From Tubiluchus corallicola (Eukaryota; Animalia; Priapulida), in assembly GCA_030141605.1 (NCBI GenBank), contig JAQGDQ010000111.1, forward strand, positions 248,001 to 312,000: DNA of 64,000 nucleotides. The letters are read 5' to 3'. Of the stretch, positions 51,995 to 64,000 are shown piece after piece; the first letter of the stretch is position 1, and each line of letters opens with the position of its first letter. Both the position numbers and the translations under genes were made by a program. Under the pieces are notes generated by a model that searched no databases, was not told the origin of the DNA, and worked only from the letters and a program-made list of their open reading frames with translations.

Positions 51995-52155
51995 TACTGT
52001 GATGAGTAACCAGCTGTCCATGATCAATTTATACCCTCGCTGGCCAATGGTCAGTCTTGACAATTGTACGGCCCTTATCACATTCTAGCTGGAAGGTGCC
52101 AGACTACTGGCAGACAGTAGCTTATCTAGTGATTGTCGGCGGGCCTTTGAAGTGG
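51995..52155 (-). promoter_or_regulatory. Core/proximal promoter of the homeobox gene
   Basis: TATAAA on minus strand at 52028-52033, Inr-like TCATCACAGT ~25-30 nt downstream, CCAAT 52044-52048, GATA sites (CTTATC ~52074, 52121), TCF-type CCTTTGAA 52144-52151. Confidence 0.65.
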
Positions 52156-53798
52156 TTGGTGGGGTAGGTGGTGGGTTGGTTACTGAGATGAATTAAAAAG
52201 TGCGTGTTCATGGCGGAGCAGATGCGGGATGTCCTAAAAAGCACCCGTTCCTTTTTCAGTCGCGCAAAGAAAGTCTTTTGACTCGAAATTTTTCCTGTGA
52301 ATTAGATAAAGTGCCATTGAAGGAAATATAGGTTTAGAAGTGGTCATTTTACAGGGGGCATTGTCCAGTGTAGGTCGGTGTTTGACTGGACTGTCCAGGG
52401 AGTAGGGTTTTGATAACACCGTTGCCTTTTGTTTTGCTATCCACTGTTTGCAGTTGTCTGAAGTTCTCCCTCCAAAGTTGGAAGGTTGAAATAAATGAAG
52501 AAATTAGGGAAGACTTGTAGTCGAATACAGGGCCTGCCTAATAATTTTTGATTTTTGTCAAATTCCTGTTGATAGTTGATATATTAGTATTGTATCGCTG
52601 GGTTTAATTTCGTACTTCGTCTAAATACTTGTTAACTTAGTTCATTACTAAGTTCAGATACAAATAATTAATCAATGTCATTTCGGCATTTAGGAAAGGA
52701 AAATCTAGTTCAAGTCGAATTCTTCTGGTTGTGCTCTAGCGTCTTTACATCGCTGAAGTCGAGAGGCTTGCTTTAATCCTGTAAAATGGTGACGTACACT
52801 TTAGGATGTTTAATATAAAAATTTTAGCAGCATTTTTCTAACCTGTCGCGCTTTTCTCCAATCACATCTTTTGTGCTACTTTGTCAATGGTTTGCGTATG
52901 CGATGATTTAAGAACTTGAACTTCAAAATTACAGCACATTTCATGTTGCAGTTTTCGAACTTAAATTATGTTCTGAATCTGAAAGTATTTTTATAGATAG
53001 AAATTTGTTTTTTTGCATGAATATATTAAAATTGCGTGTAAACAATGTTTCCATAATGGTCCATAATGCGGTTAGTAAAGTTAAAAGACACAACATTGAA
53101 CAAGTAAGTTACACGTTAAAGTCACACGTTACAATATCATGTGTTGAAATAATGAGAAGAAATTAGGATTAAAATTAACAATTCGAAAAAATTTTAGTTA
53201 CATCAGCCAAAATTACACACCAAAAAACAATATTGATTATTATATACAATAAAATTACAAAAGTAAGTTACAATTAAAATTAGCAGTTACAGAAAATAAT
53301 TTAAACTATGACATATTGAAACACATAAAGTAACACTTTAAAAAGTTTTATATGTAACTACATTTAAACAAATTAAATCTAGATGTGGATCTTCAGTTCT
53401 TGGTTTTCTGAAATTATCTTATTGGTTGACATAAAGGTCTTTATAGTATATTTAGTTTTATTAAGTGAATATGTACCTGAATAACTTTATATAGAAATTC
53501 TTTGTATAAAAGTAATGCCTGACTCTCTACCTTCCCCCTTTTCCTCTTTCTATAGTCCAGGATTGTGTAAGATTCTCCGCCTCTGTCTGTGCTAACTTCC
53601 CCGTCTGTTATCTCCTGCCCTTTGTCGGCAAGTTGTATAAAGACACCATTAACAAGCCGTTTGTACAGGCATAGGTAATCATGACAGGTAATTGCTGAGG
53701 TGATAGCTGAGCAGAAGGAGGTGTGCATGTGCCTCGAAACATGTTGAATGTTCGCTTGTTTTAATGGTCGATCTGATTTATTATGACTGATGTAGTGG

Positions 53799-54356
53799 CA
53801 GGGCTAGATAAACGCATAAGCAGACTAAGCACGTGATTAAGGCACTAAGGCTTAGAGGGTAACAAGCTTGCAAAAATAAATTGAAAACATTAAATTTTAA
53901 TGAAGTATCTTAAAGACCATGAAAGTCTTTCACATTTCAAAATATGAGGCAGATGGATGATGGAAACTTGGGTGCAACGACTGATTTTTGAGGATATCAT
54001 AAAGAAAATCCAGAAAGGAACTTTGTAAAGGCATTTAATAATCATGAAACGAATAACAAATTTTGGTGAACACATAACTGCTGCTCTATGCAGGTTACAT
54101 TTTTAGTAAAATAAGTTCATTTAATTAAAATTTCAGTTTGAAGTGAATAAAAAATTGAAGTGACATAAATCCAATATAGGCCTACGCCATAAAACCAACG
54201 GACTTTGTTTTATACATGATGTCGGTTAATTTGTATCACATAATAAGTAGGTTGCGAACCACGAAACGTGCATATGGTGATACGCGGCAAAGGATAGAGC
54301 TGGGACACCAGGTGCTGGGTATGCTTAGGGTACCAACACACCTAAATCCGGCCCTG
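53799..54356. mobile_element. hAT-type MITE
   Basis: TIRs CAGGGCTAGAT / ATCCGGCCCTG; 8-bp TSD TGTAGTGG (53791-53798) / CGTAGTGG (54357-54364). Confidence 0.8.
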
Positions 54357-54588
54357 CGTAGTGGTAATATTACAATCTGCCGTTCACACTTTCTACATTG
54401 ATACTGGCCTGCCACTATCCTCTTCTGCTTATCTTATACATAAGCCATTCATCATATTTAACTTATATGTTTAGTTGTCACATCCACGTTTTTCTTGATT
54501 GTTGTCTTTTGTTCTTTTTAATATTTTGTTTGAGTTTTTGTAGATATGATTCGCACAATAAGTAATAGAATGTGTACTCGAAGACCTG

Positions 54589-54696
54589 GGCCCAGTTTCA
54601 CAAAGACGTCACTAACTTGACGACGTCGTTATTAATAGTTAAGTGAATAATAATAACGACGTCGTTAACTTAGTGACAGCTTTGTGAAACCGGCTC
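54589..54696. mobile_element. 108-bp palindromic MITE, PIF/Harbinger-like
   Basis: GGCCCAGTTTCACAAAGACGTCACTAACTTGACGACGTCGTTATT ... AATAACGACGTCGTTAACTTAGTGACAGCTTTGTGAAACCGGCTC; 3-bp CTG TSD on both sides. Confidence 0.8.
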
Positions 54697-54826
54697 CTGC
54701 TTTGTCTTTTGATATTATATCGTTCTTCTAAGACTGTTTTATATAAATTGTGCAAAGCAGGGTATTACGTATATAAACCAGCTTTTTGCCTGCCTAAATA
54801 AATAGTCCTGAGTCATGATTTTAACA

Positions 54827-55102
54827 ATGGATTCCATTTTTTTACAATGTATTTCAAAAGATAAACGATGGATTCCATTTTTCTACAATGTTTTTCAAAA
54901 GATAAACGATGGATTTCATTTTATACAATATATTTCAAAAGCTAAACGACTTAATTTCATTTTTCTACAATGTTGTTCAAAAGATAAGCGCTACAGCGTA
55001 GAAAATAAACTTATATTAGCACTTTTTACAACTTTGACGTTTATCTTTTGAAATACATTGTATAAAAATGAAATCCATCAAGTATTTTTTGAAATACATT
55101 GT
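54827..55102. repeat. Four tandem 41-bp units followed by ~1.5 inverted units
   Basis: ATGGATTCCATTTTT(C/T)TACAATGTATTTCAAAAGATAAACG x4 (54827-54988); reverse complement at 55038-55102. Confidence 0.85.
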
Positions 55103-55694
55103 CCATCTCAGTAAATTTATAGTGCATCTTGAAAAATACTCAGCAAAAGGATGTAGTAGTTGAATACATGTCATGTCATTTATAGTTTATATGGAAGAAA
55201 CTAACGGTGCTTTCGTTTGAACCTGAAATCAGCAAATTACTTTGCAAACGTGCATGCGTTTATGTAGGCTACATGTTCACATAGTTTCCCTGTCGGTAGG
55301 CCAAAATGATCGGATTTTTCGGACTTTTTTGCATTAATGATGAACATCTTTTTGCTAAATCTTTGCGCCTGTGGTAGATTGTTGGGCCTATTTTAGTGCA
55401 ATTTTTGAAGGTTGTGATATACCTTTTTTTGGCGCAAGTTTTTTTGTTTTTATGACGTGCGATTTTTTGGCGATTTTGGAATTTCTCGAGGTATTGCATA
55501 CATATATGCTTAGAACTTAAAATTGTCGTTTGAAAACAAGTCTCGTGTCTAAGCATTACACTGTTTTGTTCTGTCATATTTTGGCTACTCCGCTTCCTGA
55601 TCTCACAACAACGAAATGGCATATTCCGATAGTGACGACCGGATGCTAAAGTTTTATATCGCCTTTCAATCATAAGCAAAATAAAAACCCTCCC

Positions 55695-55970
55695 TCCTGA
55701 TAACGATAAGATTACATGTTATTACATTCGTGATTAACAGGTAAATCGGTGAGTAATATCACTAATTAACAGGTATAATATACGTGACTCTACGCTGCAC
55801 TTCTCACTATATAATCACCTGCACACTAATCTGCAGTCACACCTGTTCTTGACCTTCAATTAATCATGTTCACCTGTAATGATTGGTCTGTGTGTGATCA
55901 TTTATTTATAAGGCAATACAACTGCTGCAAGTGCTATAAAAGACCAGCTTAGTGTAAGGTTAATTAACAG
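55695..55970 (+). promoter_or_regulatory. Motif-dense enhancer / TATA promoter candidate
   Basis: 2x ATTAACAGGTA, 3x CACCTG, 2x GATAA, ATTGG (55882), TATAAAA (55935-55941). Confidence 0.5.
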
Positions 55971-56178
55971 CCGTGTATGTAGGCATGTATATCATGTCAC
56001 TGATATGCTTATCCGTTACATTTCCTTTTGTCCACTCCTGGTTTAGTCTCTGTTTTTCGTCCTTTCAATTCCGTCCTTTCGCCTCAGGTGTCTTTGGTTT
56101 CTTCTTTCTTTTTTTACTTTCGTTCGTTTTTCATTTCTTTCTTTTCTCTAACGTTCTATTTTTTGCTTGCTTATTCAG

Positions 56179-56181
<3 letters not shown>

Positions 56182-56246
<65 letters not shown>
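56182..56246 (+). repeat. (CT)n microsatellite
   Basis: Directly visible. Confidence 0.97.
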
Positions 56247-56253
<7 letters not shown>

Positions 56254-57549
56254 CTGTCTGTTCCGTTCTTCCTCTATTTATTCTTTGTTTCATTCTTTGC
56301 TGCTTACTTGCCTTTACCTTCTCTTACCTTAATCACTCATTAACGCACTCAGTTTCTATATATCTATATATAAATTTTATTCACATGCATTTACTATTAG
56401 AAAATTACAAACCATCTAACAAAAAGTGCTGACAGCTTAGGGCTGAAGAATGATTCTGAACAATCTCACTGGTTTCACGATTAAAGTTAATTACTGAACA
56501 AAATTTTAAATTTTCGCTGCATTTTGATTTTCTACTGGAAGATTTCGGTCATTGTTTTTACAGTATTTCCCCTGTCTGCTGATTCCTCAGCATGCTGGTT
56601 TCTATTAACATCTGCAGACAAGTATCTCTTTTCTTCTCAAACTTCCCATTTCCACAGGAGAAACTTGACTTGTGTTTCCGGAGACGATTCGCATGCCATC
56701 GCCGAGTAGTTGCTGATGTTTTCACCAATAACTAAACTATGCAAAGAATGCGCCCCAGCAACGGACGACAATCATCGTCAACTGAAGACTTCGAGTACTC
56801 GGTTTCGGTTATCAAAATACGAGAATTCTCTTTAAAGATGTCACCTTAAGAGGTCTATTTGTCTTGGATTCTGACACAAAAGCAAATATGGCAAAAGAAT
56901 GCAAGGAATGCGTCTCGTAAGACTCTGTTTTGATTCAAAATTGGATCTGCATGTCTTTCTTAATAAGGCGTTCAATGAAGGCTTTTTCTTGCATTCCCGA
57001 GATTACGCATATACTGTGTAGTTGGAAAGATATGTTGTCTGTTGTCTGGAAAGCTTGACACTTTTCTTCAAAAGGCGTGTAAACGTTGAAAATAAATTTC
57101 ATTCAGTTTCAACCTCAGTTTGTCATTCAAAACTCAGTCGCACAAAAGCCTGACAACTCGCTTCTTAGAGCAACAATTTATTTCTGAGTGAAACCCATTC
57201 CTTTGTATATTTAATTCGCGTTCCATCGGTGTTGCAAAGAGTAAAATTCTCTTGACAAAATTTGCATATTCTCGATTTTGCAGAATCACAATCTTGGGGA
57301 ATTCGGCAACATGCTGTCCTTGCGTGCACATAGGTTTAACACTACTGAAATTTATTTAAAAGCAATAGATATTACTGCATAGTTTGTTTAATCAAAAAGG
57401 AAACAATTACAATAATAGAAATGCGTGTATTTACACCTCTGAAGAACGTACTGGCGCCATTCCTGTAATCCTTTTATGTCTTGGCCTGACTTCTGGCTCT
57501 CATTTTTCTGAAATGAATGGTACTATAACAAGGCGCTGTGTTTCTTTCC

Positions 57550-57680
57550 CAGCCCAGGTAACACTTCAAAGGCTTGCCGGCTGGCATAGAAGAACCAGCA
57601 CTTATCACCTGTCCTGGTGAGCCACAGGTAAGATCAAAGCTTACCTGCGCGAACAACTTACCCCTGCCCCCTCCTGTCCT
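57550..57680. promoter_or_regulatory. Candidate enhancer (CAGGTAA x3, TCF x2, GATA, E-box)
   Basis: CAGGTAA 57555 and 57625; TTACCTG 57641; CTTCAAAGG 57564; GATCAAAG 57632; CTTATCACCTG 57601. Confidence 0.55.
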
Positions 57681-57934
57681 AGCACTTGTGGTGTTGTTAG
57701 ATGGGGCAAAGATACGTACACGGGCGGTAGATTCAGAAGTTAGGGTAATTAGCACTCCCTGAAAGATGCTGTTGCACTCATCATTCAATGATGGAACGAT
57801 TTAGTAGGAAAGCGGCAATTTTATCATTTGATCAGTGTATTAGGTTGGCCATAATTTGACGTTTATTACTTTGATTTAGCAGTTTTTTGAAGTGATCCAT
57901 TTTCATTTCCGTTTTCGCTTTTCTGTGTTTTTTA

Positions 57935-58006
57935 TTCATTCATTCATTCATTCATTCATTCATTCATTCATTCATTCATTTATTCATTCATTCATTCATT
58001 CATTCA
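57935..58006. repeat. (TTCA)n microsatellite
   Basis: Directly visible. Confidence 0.95.
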
Positions 58007-60039
58007 TCATCCATTCGTTCATTCTTTGATATATTTATTCATTTATTCTTTTCATTTATTCGTCTATTTATTTTTATGCATAAATTAACAGTGATTTATT
58101 TTCTACATTGTTGGAAACTTTTTGGAATTTTTTACCTGATAAACTGCAAACCGTAACACATGCAGCAGCCTTAAACTTTCAAGTTTTATTTCCATCCTAT
58201 AAATAAAAACTAAATTTGCAAATAAACAACAAAATTTTACAAACAGAGCAGAGGAAAACTGCTCCAAAAGCTGTACAAAGTTCGTTTGCTTTGTTCAGTA
58301 CAAAGAAAACTGTTACCGACTCGAGACAATTTTCCAAAATTCTTATGATCGCCTTGCATTATTGATGAAATCGTAGAACAAAATTTTGCTGTGCACTTGT
58401 AATTTTCGACTGAATTGCTTAAACTTTAATGTGTCGTTTGCTAACTGACTACAGTTATCATTTGGCAACTTGAAAACTCGTAATAAATAGAACTATTGAT
58501 TTGCTAGCGGAACTCTTTTTTATTATTGATTCTTTCCATTTCAAACAAAAGCTACTAAAAACGGTAGCTAAATTTTGATGCAAGAATAAATTCAATATTT
58601 GTGCTAGATATCATTTTCAGTATTATATTTTTGATTGCAATTTTCGTTAGTTTCATGAATGTTTTTCGTTTGTTTGTAGTTGTACACTTTTGTTTGTCTA
58701 TTGGTCCGTCCGTTCGTTAGTCTATCACCATTTTTGTTGGTTTAATAACTTGGGTATCAACAGTCATTATTTTAGTGAGTTAATTTCGTGTGCATTGTCT
58801 TTTGTATATAATTATGTAAATAGCTTGTCCTCTTGTGTGTGTGTTTGTGTGTTTTTGTAGTTGTATGCTCTGTTTAAGACTGTTTTATTGTAATTTCAGT
58901 AATTTTAGTCTAATGTTTTAATGTGCAGTCTTAGTGTCTTATACATTTATTAAGCTTATATGTGTGTTTTATTAGGATTTCAAATCTGAAATAAAAGTGT
59001 GAATCGAATTGAATTGTTCATTCTTTCATTCAGTCGTTTACTTCTTCATTCATTCTCTGTAGATTTCGGTTAGATGTATGTTGCATGCTTGCGTGACTGT
59101 TTGTCTATTTTTTCATTCATCTCTAAGTTTGTCAGTCATTCACTCTCTACACCCTGCCATTAAACATACCTGTCTTACTCACACCTTCTTAATTAATCAT
59201 CCGATAACCCGATAACAACCAATCAATCAGTATCACTTTCAGTCAATTTATTATTACCCACTCTGCTAATACCATCTCTTCAAAGCAATAGGCTTGACCA
59301 CTGGTCAGCGAGTTTAAGCACAGACGACCAGATTGCTAAGTAAACTTCGTCTGATCACCAATCCGCCAGCGTTTGAAGAGATGCTCAGCTGCCCCTCCCC
59401 TCCTTTATGTGGTAACCATGCACCCTGCTCCTCCCACTTTGGGCTCTGAGTACCCCTTGGCGCCAGGGATAACTCTGTTTCCTGCATGTTTTATGACATT
59501 GTTTATACTTTCAGAATTAGAGCATTTGCATTAGCCTATTAGCCCTATTTGTTGTAATGTGTACCCTAATTTTTGCACTTATTCGCAGTAAATTTTTTAG
59601 TTCTTATTTTGCTAACGTTGTCAGAATTAGAATTGTTTCTGTGTGTTAGTAGTCGGTTAGAAGTATTATAGCGTCTATCATTCTGTATTACGGTATGGAA
59701 CATTCTATGCCATTCTATTGCACGTCACCCAACACTATACTGTCACACGTTATCGTAATTAAGCCTAAAATTGTTTTAATGGTATTTTGGTTTTAGTGTT
59801 CACTTTCGGAGCCGATTAACTTCACTTAAAATTAGCTTGTAAAGTTAATATCTCTACAAATTGCGACATTGCTTGTATGTAAAAATTAATATTATTTCTA
59901 ACATTAGTGCAAAAGCTGGTATCCACATAAACTTTCCTGATTTTAAAAAGCGTTTCTAAATTTTGCAATCACCTCTCTCTGAACTCTCATCTGAGCCACT
60001 TACCGCATCATCAGTTTGACCATTGTCCAGCAAGTGTTG

Positions 60040-60180
60040 GCGAATTATTTACCTGTGGCGAATTAACACCTATTTGATAGGTGAGCGTCTGGGGGCGGTG
60101 TAGATCAAAAGGCGCGGGCGTGGGATTACCTGTCAGGTAATCCGAACTGTCTGCGATGACACTTCACCTGATTGTCACAG
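60040..60180. promoter_or_regulatory. Candidate enhancer/promoter with palindromic motifs and GC boxes
   Basis: TTACCTG 60049, CACCTAT-TTG-ATAGGTG 60067-60083, GGGGCGG, GGGCGTGG, GGATTACCTG-T-CAGGTAATCC 60123-60143, CACCTG ~60165. Confidence 0.55.
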
Positions 60181-60962
60181 CTCGTGCGAAGTGTTGTTGT
60201 GTAATAACAAGATGGTGTAATTTGAGAATGACTGATATTTTCACTGTTCATTTATTATCTTGCAAAATACTGTAAATGCAACTATTTTTCGTCAATAAAA
60301 TCTGTGTAAACGAATTTATTTTTTGTGCAGTCCTTTTCATTTATTCATTCGACCATCCACTCGTCAATTTATTTGTGTCATCGTTTATTTAGTCAGTCAG
60401 TTGCTCATTTGCATATCCGTTTATTCGTTCTTTCATCCATTTACCTTTCGTTTGTTTATTCCTTCACTTATGTTTATTCATAAGTAAATTCGATTCGTTG
60501 CAAATTGATTTCTGTTTTACTTTGAAGTGTCCGTCCCTTGCTTTTTCGCTATTTTTGCATTCATTCCAAAAAAGAATCCGTTTTGTGTCCCTTGTGCTTT
60601 TTCTTTTTTATGTTATTCTATTATTTCTGCTTGGTTTTCTTTTTCCTTTATCTGCTGGTTCACCTGTTCGATGATTATTTTAGTCCTTTATTCATTTATC
60701 CTTTTTCTACTTATTTGATTATTCATTCATCGTCCATCCATCCATTTGTTCACTGAATCCTTGGTGTATTTGTCTTCTTACTCAAAATGGACACAGTTTC
60801 CTTCTACGTGCTCTAGAAAGGAAATACGTATTTCGAGCTTCAAATTCTGGAAAGCCGCAGTGTTTAGATAATTATATAATCTTCCACATATGTTCAGGAA
60901 TTATCCCCACTTAAACGAACACTTGCCCGCTTATGTCCCCAATCCGTCTCTATCTGAAACAT

Positions 60963-60975
60963 GTTGCTTGGTAAC
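60963..60975. promoter_or_regulatory. RFX X-box-like motif upstream of Rap1 coding exons
   Basis: GTTGCTTGGTAAC fits the RFX X-box pattern. Confidence 0.35.
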
Positions 60976-61993
60976 GAGAGATGCTTGAAGTTGCTGCAAC
61001 TTCCAGACAGATTTGAGTGTGTCAGAGATTATGTAAATCTAAAATCCTGTTAAGCGTTGATTGGATTTGGTTTCTACTTTATGTCTGAACCTCAAGTTTA
61101 TGACTAGCGGAAATCCATATTGAATGACATTTTAGTGACAACAGGCGATGCTTTGGGCTTCATCTGCGTTTAGGTATTCAATACTGTGAAGCCACGCGCT
61201 ATTATCACACTGCAGTAAAAAGTATTTCTTCACCAGCAGTACAGAAACCTGTTTAAATTTTCTGCAAAATGGTAGCTGCAGCTTTAGCGTGAATCATGTA
61301 AACAAATGACGGCCAATATTAATTATTTTAATCCTAATTATTTATTAACGGCGGAACGAATTGCCACAATACTTTCATGAAATCATCACGTGCGGGATGG
61401 TTTTGTAATCAATCTCAGCCCACAGTTTTTTTACTTTTTCTTTCATTCGATCAAACTTAGTTTCAGATTCCACTATTAACGATAAAAAATTTTTGAATGA
61501 AATTTTGTTGTAACGTAAATGCATTGGCAGCCCTCTAAATGAAACAATTTACGATCTGCAAACGATTTATTCAAATCTTGTTTATACTTTTTACTTATAT
61601 AATTTAGAATGTTATTTAGAATGTATGATATATAATGTATATTCTTGAAAACTGGGTTGCTTTCTCGAGTAATTTAAAGAACTGCTATTATGGCTCCAAG
61701 GTGTAAAATTTTGTATTTCTTGATGTTCAGTGCTAATAGTTCACTTGTTCGAAGCCAAATTCTGCGCGACCTGTGCCCCATCTGTTGCGAAATTAGGAAA
61801 AGTTTTGTTTCTTTACTTGACGCATTTGGTTGAAGTATCATTACACGCTACATTAGTTACTATTTGTTTCGAATTATATGCGCAGTCAGTATCCTTTGTC
61901 TATTTAATGACAATATTTTGCTTTTTTTAGGTAACAAAACACAGCTGCAAATCTGACTAAGGAAATAACTCATCAATAGATCATTTAGGGGGG

Positions 61994-63618
<1,625 letters not shown>

Positions 63619-63688
63619 GTAAGTTATATCTCTTGTGTTTATATTTATTTATTTTTAGTTCTTGTTATTTCTGCCTAAGAAGATGTGA

Positions 63689-63731
63689 GTGTGTGTGTGT
63701 GTGTATGTGTGTGTGCGTGTGTGTTTGTGTG

Positions 63732-63762
<31 letters not shown>

Positions 63763-63781
63763 ATGCGTGCGTGCGTGTGTG
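63689..63781. repeat. (GT)n/(GCGT)n microsatellite
   Basis: Directly visible. Confidence 0.95.
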
Positions 63782-64000
63782 AAATATGTACATGTTCAAA
63801 GCAAAAACAAGTAATTGCAGTGCAAGTACTTATTTAATATAAACGCCTGAAGAATTTTGTTGTTCTGCCTGGAACTGGAATCATCTGCATTTTGGAACCA
63901 GTTTCTTAAGCCGGTGCAGAAAGAATAAAGCTTGTACGATGCTGTGTCCATGGTGAATTAGTAAATTTTTAATTGTTGCATAATTTTTTTGTTTCTATGT

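Noticed and set aside
52154-52179. G-rich tract upstream of the homeobox promoter (possible G-quadruplex)
   Set aside because: Mostly GG runs; only a weak two-tier structure is possible.
55269-55679. 136-aa basic minus-strand ORF
   Set aside because: Non-ATG start, composition reflects a T-rich + strand, no domain motif or splice support.

Overview
AT-rich, intron-containing animal (invertebrate bilaterian-like) genomic DNA. Five protein-coding loci were reconstructed by hand from splice sites and reading-frame phase. (1) The 3' end of FoxP (+), with two mutually exclusive forkhead exons (481-605, 748-893) separated by a 142-nt intron that folds into a long GC-rich hairpin. (2) LAMTOR5/HBXIP (-, 4 coding exons, 91 aa). 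(3) A 13-exon F-box/WD40 gene of Met30/SconB-like type (+, about 836 aa, one GC-AG intron). (4) A divergent Q50 PRD-class homeobox gene (-, 3 exons, 316 aa) with a TATA promoter and upstream clusters of CAGGTA, TCF, Otx and GATA motifs. (5) The first three coding exons of Rap1 (+). Orphan + strand promoters and splice donors at 30.5-41.5 kb suggest the homeobox gene sits antisense inside a ~31-kb 5'UTR intron of Rap1. The rest is MITEs (hAT, Tc1/mariner/pogo, Harbinger-like), LINE/SINE remnants, mini- and microsatellites, and a foldback whose two arms end in Penelope-type minimal hammerhead-like motifs. Most long ORFs in the supplied track are repeat artefacts. All calls are by eye; no searches were run.
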